A stretch of DNA of 63,199 nt, the filler included, from Choristocarpus tenellus KU-1152 (taxonomy: Eukaryota; Protista; Phaeophyceae), in assembly GCA_964200185.2 (NCBI GenBank). It is 14 parts of 14 records of this genome, joined end to end, with 100 filler letters (N's around TTAATTAATTAA, not from the genome) between each part and the next. Parts side by side here need not be neighbours in the genome. Positions count along the whole stretch, not along the records: positions 25,017 to 28,066 come from CAXNAD020022676.1; positions 28,167 to 33,206 come from CAXNAD020012078.1; positions 33,307 to 35,949 come from CAXNAD020026023.1; positions 36,050 to 43,012 come from CAXNAD020006958.1; 10 more parts are not named here. One strand, written 5' to 3'. A program made the position numbers and the translations under genes. Shown piece by piece: positions 25,707 through 37,400 of this stretch; the stretch's first letter is position 1, and every line of letters starts with the position of its first letter. Under the pieces are notes generated by a model, which had not been told where the DNA came from, did not search any database, and saw nothing but the letters and a program-made list of their open reading frames with translations.

Positions 25707-25980
25707 CTGGGGGTGTTCAACCCTGAACCCAACAGCAATCCCCTTAGGCTTCAACACCACCCCCTGCTCCAGTAGCCTCTGGTACATTGCCCTAGAGCTA
25801 TGCCCCACCGCCAAGACCACCCCATCTGCTCCCAGTTCCCCCCCGTTAGCCAATCGCACGCCACGAACGGAGGAATCTCCCTGACTATTTGTCAGAATCT
25901 TGTCTACACGGGTGTTGAAGAGGAACGTGGCGCCTTGTTGAGTGAGATGTTCTCGTGCCGATCTAAGAATACAAACAAGC
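25707..25980 (-). CDS. Exon of an uncharacterised FAD-dependent dehydrogenase (COG2509-like)
   Basis: RLVCILRSAREHL..QGATFLFNTRV...GVRLANGGELGADGVVLAVGHSSRAMYQRL...KPKGIAVGFRVEHPQ matches the remembered family pattern (VVLAxGHSARD...AVGVRIEHPQ); AAG acceptor, GT donor. Confidence 0.88.
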
Positions 25981-27062
25981 CTTTTTTTGTTGGGGGGGGG
26001 AGAGAGAGAGAGAGAGGGCCAGGGAGCGACTTTGGACGGAGGCATTCTGGTAGCGGCTTGGAGGCGTATATTTTATTATTATTATCGAACATATATATAT
26101 ATATATATATAGGTAAGATAAAGAGGTACAAAATGTCTCGGAAAGGTATCGGTAAGGTGACGTGGAAAATGCAGGGGTACACCCAGCACACATGTAAAAT
26201 AAATAATAGTGCAGCATGTAGGGTAGGGTCAAGATTGCAAAACAAATACTACTACACATGTGCGTACTTGTCAGATGAAAAAAAAAAAAAATCAAAACCG
26301 TGATGGGTAACTTTTGAATTGAATTGAATTGAATTGGTTTGATTGGATTGGATTGGACTCACTGTAAAAGGAGGTTCTCAATTGGTCAAGATCTCCCATA
26401 CCCCAAAACAAAGCCCCACATTGTAAATAGCACATTCAAAAAAAGAAGGGTAGGGTTAGGGTTTATGAACAAAAAGAGTTGAATAAAGAAGGATACGTGA
26501 TTTGCATATGCATCAAACAAATAAAGTAAATTAGAATTACTAAAAAAATTGATTGTGTGATCACTCACTGTTCAATTAACAGGTTAGGTAGCATTTGTAT
26601 GGCGTGCTAGGAAAACACGAATGCTAACAAGAGTTCATTTTTTTTTTAATTATTTCAGAGAATTTTCTTTAAAAAAAAAAATGAACAATAAAAATAAAAT
26701 CATGTCGTGCCGTGGACATTACAGAGTTAACCCATTAATATATGTTGCCCACGATCGACCCTAAAGATGTCTCTTCCCCACAAAAAAATTTCCCGGAAGG
26801 ATCGGTTGCTCTGTGATGTCAGCAACACATTGCCCAGGAAATGTTTGGTGGGCACCCTCTGCTCTATATGTTCCATTGTCCAGAACAATAACAAAAAATG
26901 GATGGTTCCATTTGATCTCGAAATCATCTTTTCCAAGTGGCCATCCATCCACATCACAATTATTATTCTCATCCCTCACCACCCCAAGTGGTATATGTTT
27001 TTTTCTTATAGCACAGAAAGTAAAAAAAAAAAAGCAGGAGAAAATAACATAGTATGTATATA

Positions 27063-27417
27063 CTCTCTGCCCCATAAGTCTGTTCCTTTATGGATGTACC
27101 TCCGAATTCAAAAACGATTTTTGCGTTGGATTAATCGGAAAAATGTAAGTACGGTGAGTTACACTTGAAGAAATATTTCCCGAAATTGTTCTGAAAATAT
27201 GGAACATAAAAGACGGGGCATAGTCGGCTCATTTTGAGTGGACGCCTGCATCCTCGACCAGATCGCCCGCGATTGAAGAGTGTTCAAGATATAGCCTAAC
27301 CCTAACCCTAACCCTAATGCAAAAGTCAAGGAATCCAATGCAAAAATCCTTTTTGAATTTGGAGGTCATCCCAAAGAGGTACATCCATAAAGGAACAGAC
27401 TTATGGGGCAAAGAGAG
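27063..27417. mobile_element. Tc1/mariner-type (Stowaway-like) MITE, 355 bp
   Basis: TA|CTCTCTGCCCCATAAGTCTGTTCCTTTATGGATGTACCTC ... GAGGTACATCCATAAAGGAACAGACTTATGGGGCAAAGAGAG|TA; the inverted match extends further with an indel. Contains about 4 CCCTAA-type units at 27295-27317. Confidence 0.88.
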
Positions 27418-27585
27418 TAATTATATATATATATATACATGTGATGAATTTGCTCACAGCAGTAGATTCTCGATTTCCAATTGTTCTGTAACATCTGCTG
27501 TAATTGAAGGCAGTGCATGTAGCCATTCCCCTTCCCCCTTTACCTTTCTTCACCTCCAGAGACTTCTGTCATCAAGAAAAACGCC

Positions 27586-27641
27586 TAGTAGTCATGTGTA
27601 GCCCTAACCCTAACCCTTAGTAGTCATGTGTAACCCTAACC
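27586..27641 (+). repeat. Short interstitial telomeric insert flanked by 15-bp direct repeat
   Basis: TAGTAGTCATGTGTA-[GCCCTAACCCTAACCCT]-TAGTAGTCATGTGTA-ACCCTAACC. Confidence 0.8.
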
Positions 27642-28166
27642 TGTGGTGTGTATTACACTAACCCTCAACACCATGCAATAGCAATTGAATCAGATCTCAA
27701 GTAAAATAGACTCGGAGCTACTGCACCAGTTGCATCATGCTCCACTGTGGCAAGTAACTCAAAGGCCAACCTTTACAATGGTCACTGAATTTCAATGACC
27801 ACATCTTAGTCAGCATATTTCTCTGTCAAATCTATAATGTTAATGTAACGTTACAATGCACACTAGAAAAGAGTACTTCCACACACTGCAAACCAACAGA
27901 TACATAGCTCTAGTGGATACATACAAGTTAGGGTTAGGTAGGGTATGGTAACACTCCACGATACTGATGCTGGTATTGATGTAATCAGACCTTGGTACCT
28001 TGTTAAGAATATGCTTTTTATTCATGTGTAAAATATGATTCTGTGGGAGAAACATTGAGTTGTTGANNNNNNNNNNNNNNNNNNNNNNNNNNNNNNNNNN
28101 NNNNNNNNNNTTAATTAATTAANNNNNNNNNNNNNNNNNNNNNNNNNNNNNNNNNNNNNNNNNNNN

Positions 28167-28421
28167 GAAATGTCTGACCTCATGTCTGGCAGGGGGGGAG
28201 GGGAGGGAGGAGGTGGCCACGGTGGGACAGGGGTAGGGGGGAGGAAGTTTTTGCCTGTGGCCCGAGAACAGTACACCGAGGAGGTTCTGAGGCGCTACAG
28301 GGCCATTGGAAGGGCAATTGTGAAGTGTCTGTATGATGGGCGTAGAATAGGGAATCGACTGTCTCCTAGCATATTCAAGTTTCTTACAGGGGCAGAGCCA
28401 GGGGGATTGCGGGATCTACAG
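28167..28421 (+). CDS. HECT-type E3 ubiquitin ligase exon (5' truncated by contig start)
   Basis: KFLP...YRAIGRAIVKCLYDGRRIGNRLSPSIFKFLTG...LRDLQ (HECT N-lobe); ends at CAG|GCAAGT, a probable GC donor. Confidence 0.9.
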
Positions 28422-28797
28422 GCAAGTGGAGGGAGGGGGGGGGGGGGATCCCTTTTGGATCATACTATTAGATTTTGCTCTTAATGATGTGTGCTTGGGA
28501 CCCTATTGTGTGGTTGTTGGGGGGTAATGGGGTCCTGTTGTTGCGGGTTTAAGCTTTGAATGTTCAGTGTTTATGGTTTGCTGTTTCATTTTTGGGGTTT
28601 TGTGTCATCTGTTGTGTTTTGCTACTCTACTGTATTTGCTCCTCTTCATTGTTTTATGTTTTTTTTAATTATTTGAACTTTTTATGTGAGTGGTTACCAT
28701 TTAACCTATTTAACCTGTTATTGGTGTATGATTCTATTATCTATTAGATATGTTGAGCTCCCCCTTGTGGCTACAAAAGTAAATGAGGTAAACAGTA

Positions 28798-28843
28798 TTT
28801 TCTTAAGGGTTAGGGTTAGGGTTACCCTAACCTTTTCTTAAGG
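28798..28843. repeat. Head-to-head telomeric insert flanked by 11-bp direct repeat
   Basis: TTTTCTTAAGG-[GTTAGGGTTAGGGTTA CCCTAACC]-TTTTCTTAAGG. Confidence 0.85.
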
Positions 28844-29194
28844 CCTTGGACATGAGACTCCCGTTAGACCCCATCTGTATGGCCTCCCAATGTGCAATTC
28901 ACCCTCACTTGTTGCTCATACCTATTGTGTCCTATTCCCTCCAGTGTTGATGGGAAGTGACACTGACCGTGGTGACATGTACAAATCCCTCCCCTTCCCC
29001 CCCCCCCCCCCCCCCCCCCCGTCTCGCTTCCCTCTTCTCGTTGATTTGGANNNNNNNNNNACAAATCCCTCCCCTTCCCCCCCTCCCCCCCCACTTCTCA
29101 TCCTCATTGCTCATTTGCTTTGTGCAAGAAATGGGACAAAAAGGCTAATTCCTTGTTGTTGTGGTCATTTTTCTTGTTGTTTTGCCTTTGAAAG

Positions 29195-29296
29195 GAATAT
29201 GATAAGCAGACGGCAGATAGCCTTCGGTGGATCCTCAAACACCCTGGAGTAAAAGATATGGGCTTCCACTTTTCTGATATCGGACAAGACTCAAAG
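29195..29296 (+). CDS. HECT E3 ligase exon
   Basis: AAG|EYDKQTADSLRWILKHPGVKDMGFHFSDIGQDSK|GT; completes the DL-x3-D-x5-SLxWIL pattern. Confidence 0.87.
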
Positions 29297-30370
29297 GTTT
29301 GATAAATATAGGAGAAAACAAAATGCAATTACCCTAACCCTGATCCTGACCCCTTCACCCCACCATGATGTAGGTGTGTGTATGTGTGTGTATTGAAGGA
29401 ATTGAAGGAATTGAAGCTTCTCAGTTCTCCCATCGCCCTCCTTCCTAACATGAATAGTGCCTCCCTCCCTTTCTCTACACTCCCCATTGTTCCCTCAAGA
29501 CTCCATCCAACATAGAAACATAGAAACAAGATTACTACGATACCATCCGAGAGTTGTAGATAGCAAGGAGGACTCCGGAGCTGTCCTGATTGGTCGATTT
29601 CCACCGTACCTCTGGCATTAATTTTCATTGTGTTGCATCATCTGAGCTAGAGATGTGATACAGAGATGAAGAAATCGTTATTTGTCCATTTGTTGGTCAG
29701 GATTGTTAGCCTTCGGGATTCCCCCCAACTTCTCGGAGGATGTATCAAAGTCCTTCCTCCTGCAGACTTTGGCCTCCCCTGCCTTCCATCCCTGCATGTG
29801 TCGAACCACTACGGTCAAAGTATTGAGAAACTGATCAACATTGTCGCCTCCCTCATGACTTGTATGTAGCCTTGGTGTTTGGACATGCGGAGGGAATAGC
29901 ATGTTTCGTCCACGGGTTTCCACATCTTAGTGTTTTCCAAATGTGTAGGAAGGCATTACTGGCAAGGAAGTTCGTCCATAATACCCTTGCTCGCTTTGTT
30001 TTTTTTCCTATCCTGAAGTATCTCGGAGAAAATTTCAGTTGGAGTAAGGGATAAGGAAGTTGTGAAGATGTGGATTGTCGAATAATTGATTCATGTTGTT
30101 GAGGTCATGAAAACTCAACTGCTCTTGAGAAAAATGTTGTCTTCGTTAGGTTCAACGCTTGCTGTTCTGATGTTGCAGGTTCGCCGGCATCTTTTGCAGA
30201 CATTGATCTATATAGGAACTATGCAGTGTCACTCCATGACCACTGTCGTGTCTCCATCACTGGATCCCACACAGACAATCACACAGTCAAGACAGAGCCT
30301 GCGCATGATACCATGCCTTCAATTGCCCCCCATCCCCACCCTTGTCCATATGACCTCATCCTCCAACAAG

Positions 30371-30586
30371 GGGCCAGTGACAGACAGCAACAAATGGGAA
30401 TTTATGAGGGCCAAGGTCCGCCTGATCCTTGTGGGATCTCGCCTTCCAGCCCTGGAAGCACTTCGCAACGGTTTTGCCGGTGGCCTACAAGATCTATCCC
30501 CTGGAGCTGCTCCTTTTCTGGGTCTTCTGTCTCATGCGGACTGGAGGGTTCTGCTCTGTGGCGAGGAGCATGTTGGAGGCCCACAG
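30371..30586 (+). CDS. HECT E3 ligase exon
   Basis: AAG|GPVTDSNKWEFM...LEALRNGF...LLSHADWRVLLCGEEHVGGPQ|GTAG. Confidence 0.92.
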
Positions 30587-30850
30587 GTAGTATCCTAATA
30601 CCTCAATATGTCCTTTTGACCTCAATGCAGAATCTTAAGGAAATACGCATTCGTATGTATATATATGTACGTATGTGGTTGAATGCGTTTGCATTCTTAG
30701 AACCTTTTGAAAGAAACGTGTAGGTGTTGTGTAATATTGATTTTTTCGGTTTGCTTTGGTTTGGATGTAAGCTTTCTTGTCATCATACTTGATGTGTTCC
30801 TCCCCTGCCGTCGTGTAATGGTTGTGTTATCTTGTTTTTGTCCCAACAAG

Positions 30851-31006
30851 GTGGTGGCCGTGCTCAAGTGGTACAACTTCCCCTCCTCTAGCCGTGTCCC
30901 TGAGTGGCTCAAGTCGCTGCTACTCTCTTTCCCTGAGGACATGCTGCGGAGATTTTTGATCTTTGTGTGCGGCACACCCTCACTTCCCTCACCGTCTGCA
31001 GGGGAG
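30851..31006 (+). CDS. HECT E3 ligase exon (C-lobe)
   Basis: AAG|VVAVLKW...VPEWLKSLL...RRFLIFVCGTPSLPSPSAGE|GT. Confidence 0.92.
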
Positions 31007-31907
31007 GTGTGTAGTCTGCCTTTTTTTCAGGTTCATAGGTACATATATAGGTACATATGTACATACATGTAGTATGCTGTAGTGTATCTCTGTGTATTCA
31101 GCACAACTCACTTCACTCGTCATCTGCAGGGAAGGTAGTCTTCTGTGTGCATGTCCCTAATGTCTGGGTATTCCTGTGTATATATCAACCTGTCGGAGTA
31201 AGTTGCCTGCCCCTCAAACATGTGCTGTGCTTAGTATATGCTTGTCAAAGTATGTTTCTTCTTCTTCTTATCCATGCCCTGCCTTCCTCGTGGTTGGCAG
31301 GAAAGGTAGGTGCTCAGTCTGACTGTTGGTGTGACAATTCCGCACCCTCTTTTTCTACTACTATTAAGGTTGTGGGTTGGCTATGAGGGGGTCACGTCTG
31401 AAGTAGACCACAAGCAAGGGTTGAGCCAGCTGTGATAAACTTCAAAATTCCGAGGACTGATATTAAATAGTACTATTAGAAGTATGTAGTTATTTCCAAG
31501 TCAAAAAAAAGGAATCTCTCTACTCTGTAAGGTTCCTTGTTATCAGCGGGTTTTTTGGAGTCAATTCACAATACTCTTACTGCCTAAGTAAGTATCGATA
31601 CCATCAACTTGCTGAGATTCTAGCTACAATAGGCGCTCGGGTGTTGACTCATGGGGAAGGGTGTAGATATTTCGAACTCATTTGTTATACGTATACGTAT
31701 GTGTGTCTGTGTGTTTGTATTATATACACCTTTTCATACTGTTCCTTTTTTAATGTTTGAATCGTACTTCAATCAAGAGGAAGTTGTTGCAATCGCATGT
31801 TGTGGACTCTGTTGCGAATTCATGTATTCTCTATTCAGTCGTGAAGCAAAGGAAACTCAACAGAATAGCCTTTTTTTTTCTTATCTTTCAACATCCGTTT
31901 GCTGAAG

Positions 31908-32066
31908 GTGGAGGTTACCGTGAGATGCCAGCCACGTTCTGCAGCCTTACCAGCAGCGCACACATGCTTCTTCCAGCTTGACATACCTGACTACGACCGA
32001 GAGGCTGTTCTGCAGCACAAGGTCGTGCAAGCTGTCAACAACACTGCAGGCTTTGACATGGTGTAA
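31908..32066 (+). CDS. HECT E3 ligase last exon with catalytic Cys
   Basis: AAG|VEVTVRCQPRSAALPAAHTCFFQLDIPDY...TAGFDMV*; LPxAHTCF motif and the conserved Phe at -4. Confidence 0.95.
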   Translation: MEVTVRCQPRSAALPAAHTCFFQLDIPDYDREAVLQHKVVQAVNNTAGFDMV

Positions 32067-33121
32067 TCCATTCAGGGAAATAAATAGGGGCTGATTTTGG
32101 TTGGCGGTACAATACAAGTATGCAAGAAACCAATTACGGGATTTTAGTATACTTCATTCCGTCAGCAATGAGGATCATACCGTCATGGCAGTACCCCACA
32201 GAAGTTTAGGATCTCCTGGGTTGGTCGGTGACCCTCTCGAAAATGATCCTATGCATTGCCTTGGCGTGATTTGGTATGTTTGTGACAGATGATTTATTGC
32301 TGCTGCTATCTTCACAAACTCGTACCTTTGATAGGGCTGTGAGAGGGAGAACAGGTGGTGGGAAGGGCAGTGATGATTAGTTTGATTAAGTATGGACACG
32401 AAAAGAGCGGGTTCGGGTCGTGTTGCACCAAATTAGATCGGGTATGCCATTTTGTAGCCTTCTGCCTGTTAGTATGGTAGGATCATTTGGGCTGGTGTAT
32501 GCATGCAAGTGCTCACATATGTGCATTTCGTGTCTCCTGTTGTTAATTCTGTTCAGTTTTGCGTCCATGTTTGTGGTGGTTACACCAAGTTACAAGGGAG
32601 ACGATGCTTGGTTTCAGGAGGATCGGCATATTGTTGTAGACTTTGCCTCAGCTGTGTGTGTATGTGTATATGTATGTATTCTTATTGTAGGGAAGTAGTA
32701 TCCAGTGCCCCACTCAGTGATGAATGGATTCGTTACCATGTGCAATCATTGCTCAACTCTGCATTGCTGGATCCTGAGCTAGCCTGAACTGCAGCTGTAG
32801 CTTCTTTGCTACTCTGGGAATACAACATTTGAATGTGTGAAAGCATGCTCACCACCTATAAGTGGCATTGGCCAGAAGCACGTCTCACTTGTTCTACTTC
32901 AACAGAATCCACACAAAGATGTGTGCGTTTTCATTATGTTACAGGGCATACAAAGATTAAGGTTTAGGGTGGAGAGAGAGAAGTGGCAGAACACGCTAGA
33001 CTTTCTAGGATGGAATGCGAAGTCACCCTGGAATGTGAACTCGATACCTGATGGACAGAGTTAAGGATATTGCAACTAACAACAGGTCAATTATTATTGT
33101 AGGACATGTTCACTCTATCGG

Positions 33122-33206
33122 GGCTCAAAGTATCTGGGGGGGGGGGAGGTGACTGTCGTTCATTTGGGGCCCATTTTTCCATGTCGCATTTTTTGGGTAA
33201 TTTGGT
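33122..33206 (-). mobile_element. MITE family B copy, truncated at contig end
   Basis: GGCTCAAAGTATCTGn...CATTTGGGGCCCATTTTTCCATGTCGC matches the reverse complement of the right arm of 62531-62709. Confidence 0.85.
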
Positions 33207-33399
33207 NNNNNNNNNNNNNNNNNNNNNNNNNNNNNNNNNNNNNNNNNNNNTTAATTAATTAANNNNNNNNNNNNNNNNNNNNNNNNNNNNNNNNNNNNNN
33301 NNNNNNGGGGGAGGGGATTTGGATGGTGGAGCACTACCTTCGTTCTTTGAATAATACTACGCCTGGCACCAATTCTTTTGTCAAACCCATGAGCCATTT

Positions 33400-34450
33400 A
33401 TCTGAGCTATCATCAAGGACCTCGTTATCGAACTTTATCCCAGGGGCTTAAGAATTTGTCTGTTGAGCGTTTTGAGGTTGAAGCTCGATTTTTTTGAGCT
33501 TGCCTTGGTTACTCTTGTTTCTGGGAAACGTCATGGCCTTTCCTTCCAAATGTGTAAGAACTGTGTAGGGATTCTCTCCGGTAAATGCTCTGGGTCTACC
33601 CGTATGATCATTTTTCTTGTGTTTGTGGCAATGTGTTGGTGTATTGGGGTAGAGGCATTTTCCACTCTTATTTTTCACCAACAGGGACTATCATGGTGGG
33701 AGTAATGGACTGAGGTAATTTCTCACCAACTTCGGCACTTGGGTAAGGGGTACGACAGAGTGACTGGCCAAAGCTGTTGCCATTGGTGAGTACATCATCT
33801 GCAACAAATGCTCAGAGATCGTCTTGTATGCCTCTGCATCTCTCTACTAAAAGAGTGAAAGTATCTTAGAGGGTACGAGTTTTGCTCTGTTTGTTCATTT
33901 GGGGCTTGGCTTCCCACGGGTTTTTTATGACACATATTCCTTCTCCAAAATGTTTCAGAGTAGGTATAATGTATTCGTTATGAAAAGGTGTGTCCAGAAC
34001 AAGGATATTGACACTTCCTAATCAATATGATGGTCAAAATTACATCAAAATCACAGCATTGGATTTTTGCCCCTGAACGGACGTGGTTCTACCCTCTAAG
34101 ATACTTTGACTCTGAATTTTCGGGAGAATCTCCTTTTGTAGTAAAACCTGGTACATTGATGCTGTCCCCCAAGCACGGGTTGGAGGCTTGCGTTGTCCAC
34201 CTTCTGCTGAATGCCCCTGCCAGTGGTTGTGTTGTCTTGTGGGTCTAATCGCGTTTTTTGATCGATTATCACATGAGCTTTGAGTTGGCGAGCTTATGTC
34301 GCATTCTTCAAGGGTAGTTCGTGGGCTAAACTCAAGTCAACAAACATGTCCACCAGTGCTGTTTTTGTGTGGGGAGGTTTGCCTCACTCGTCAGGGTAGA
34401 GTAAGGGGGGTAGAGTATCGAGATGCCTTATCAATAGGCATCGGCATTCT
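33400..34450 (-). mobile_element. Very degenerate Ty3/Gypsy RT-RNase H relic interrupted by a MITE
   Basis: Minus-strand scraps in expected order: MFVDL (cf. RMCVDY), KLANSK..IID, AFVADDVLTNGNSF (cf. YxDD), GRPRAF. Confidence 0.4.
33853..34112 (-). mobile_element. MITE family A, full copy
   Basis: GAGTGAAAGTATCTTAGAGGGTAC...TACCCTCTAAGATACTTTGACTC; no TSD (AAA/TGA). Confidence 0.9.
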
Positions 34451-37400
34451 GTTCAGTGCCAGCTTATCTTTTTAGTTTGAGCTTTCAAGATCAGTCCAAT
34501 TGCATTTTCCTAAACTACTTTGGTGAAGGTTATAAATTAACATCATGCTCAAGAATGTTGTGGGTATGGTGGGATGTTAGGTTCAAAGTTAGGACTTTTC
34601 ACTTGACCAGGGCCATGGTCCAGTTCATGGCCCCAAAACTCTGGTCCTGGATAAAGGGCTATTTTTTACTATAAAGGCACAGTCAAGACTATTTTTACTT
34701 CTATTAGTATCTTAGGTCTGGGTTCGATCCTGACAGGTGGTTGGAGGCACTACACATATCACTACTTCTCATGTGAAAACTACAACTGCTTGAACTGGCT
34801 CTATCGGTGTATTTTCTTCTTGCATGTTGGTTTCAGTTAACCCACTGCTCATCTCTCTGCTTCCTTCCTTGAATCTTGTTCTGAATCCGTCTTGTTGCTG
34901 GGGAATGAGTCCTGGCCGCTTGGTCTGTTGTTTTGTGGTATAGCAACATATGAGATATCTGAAGTGTACTGTATCTAGTGCTTTCCACGTTCACTTTGGA
35001 TAGTCAATGCCAGATTTTGATGAAAACGAGCCTGTGGTCGAGATTTGAGCGTGCGAATTTCATACACAGGAACAGTCTCCATAGACTGCTGGGCCAAGAT
35101 GACGCTTCTGGTTTGGGCTAGCCCTCAACGCATCTTAAGTAAACTACCAAATTGTATCAAGTCCAAATGGGAATAGAAGGTTAAAATAATCTGTTCATCA
35201 CCAAACAATCGACCTATAAGTTAATTGGGGCAGTTCCAGCAGGACTGGGGACTGACTTATGGCCCGGCTCAACTGTCATCTTTGGTGGCCCTGGACCATC
35301 ATCAACATGTTTGTTTCACAAGGGCCAGCCTTTGGTCAAATATGGTAGAAAAATATGACAAACCTGTGCTGTCTCTGTTTAAAGATATTTTGCAGGGGTC
35401 AACCCTTGGGCAAGTTTGTTTGAAACATTTGATGGCCTTGGATCAGTACGATTTAAAGCACCACTCAGTGGGAATGGACCACTACCATCGAATTTACACT
35501 CATTCCAGTGAAAAGTGCTTGTAAATGGCCTACGATGTAACATGTTGCGGGTTCCCTCTTCCTTAAGGTGAACAAGTTTGCAAGGTGGAGATAATGAGAT
35601 TTTCATGAGAAATGGACCAATGGCAGGCCATCAATTATAGCTTTGAATAAAAGGACAGAATGTAAGGTCCCTGTTGGGCCCTGTTCAACCAATGAATTCC
35701 GTAATGTACGGAACGTCAGCGTAAGGTTAATACCTGTGTATATATTTGTAGATTATAGACATTAAGAGCAGTAATTGTTTTTGTGAAGATGATCCGATTA
35801 GAAATAAGGTCTCCAACTACACGATGAACAGGATACTGTCCAACTGTGCACGATAGATTGATCATTAGTATAACTGTTACAGGCGCCCCTCAATGCTCAC
35901 CTTCCAGGATGTACAACTCAAATTCAACGACCTCAAAACGATGCTATGGNNNNNNNNNNNNNNNNNNNNNNNNNNNNNNNNNNNNNNNNNNNNTTAATTA
36001 ATTAANNNNNNNNNNNNNNNNNNNNNNNNNNNNNNNNNNNNNNNNNNNNCCCCCTCCCAGATACTTTGGGACTTCATAGAGGATAGGCCCAACCCCTCGA
36101 ACTTGTGGGCATTTGTTATTGAATTAACCTTTTCCCTGACACATCTGCAAACTTTTAGAGGATATAATAATAAGCAACCATAAAGTTTTCTGGATGAGAT
36201 GGCTACGCACAAACTAAAGAGGTGGGAGGCTGCAGCAGGAAAGGACTGTCAAATCCCGTTTAAGACGATAGTGTCCGCCACAACACAACAAGTAGCTCTA
36301 TCAAGACGTGTCATGCGTTTTAAGCTGAAGACACCAGGAGACTTGTTAGATTCTTGGGATGCTTCCCTAGCTCCTCACACAGTAGTGTAGGGCTAAGCTA
36401 GGTTGGAGAAATAGGAGGGCAGTGGTGAAGGATAGCTTGCAGTAAAATAGGAAATAGATGATAGAAAAAAAGGGTCTTTCACATTTACAACAACTGTTAC
36501 TTTTTCAGGGGTAGTTCCGGTATTTGATTGGCTTTTCATTGTTTTTTCCCCTGACACATCTCCAAAATGTGAAGAGGGTACAATGATATATGTTAACAAT
36601 AACAATAATATCCGAAACAGGTTCAACGCACAACAAAAAGAAAGGAAGTATAAGTTGGAAGAACAAACACATTCGCTAATAGAGATATGACGGCATTTTA
36701 TGACACACGACAAACGACTGACAGTAGACGTAACGACAAGGAGGTGAGAGTCGAGTCTTTATGTCATTCTTTCTTGAATCCTGTCACCACACACTTTGCA
36801 GTAGTATCTGAGAAAATTCCATATCTCCAAACAAGTCCCTACATGCACATATTGAACGCTCTTCCACTCCATGTTGTCAATCTGTTCCTGAGTTGGCTTG
36901 TTGTTGTCGCTGCAGGTTGCTTTAAGCACAAAGATAATAATTATTAGCCAGGTTTTCGGTCAAAAATTTCCCCCATCCATGTACTTTCAGTCCTTCCTTG
37001 GAGGTGGAGTGGACACCACATCCTTTGTCCGTTGAGGAACCTCCCACACTCCTTCCACGTTCTAACAATTTTATTTGCAACTCTACCACAAACCCAGTAT
37101 CCAACCCAATATCCTTATCATTAGAGGGTATGTTGGTGGTGAGACTTATTTCGTACACCACGTTTAAACCACCACTGATTTCATTAGTGACTACAACATT
37201 TGTTTGTAAGCTGAATTTTTCCCTCACAAATCTGGAAAATGTGAGATGACATAATATATATATGAGTGAAAAAAGATGAGGAGGGGGAGATCTACAATCC
37301 ACAAACTTTCAGAGTGTAAGAAAAAAATAAGTGCAAACACAAGTTGTTAAATGAGCATGAATTTATTTATGTGTATGTATGAATATGTATAGTAACATAT

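Noticed and set aside
28980-29095. Repeated ACAAATCCCTCCCCTTCCCC on both sides of a 10-N gap
   Set aside because: Likely an overlap artefact from scaffolding across a C-run.
35225-35524. 99-aa ORF with faint Gypsy RNase H-like words
   Set aside because: Too weak to assign; no catalytic motif recognised.
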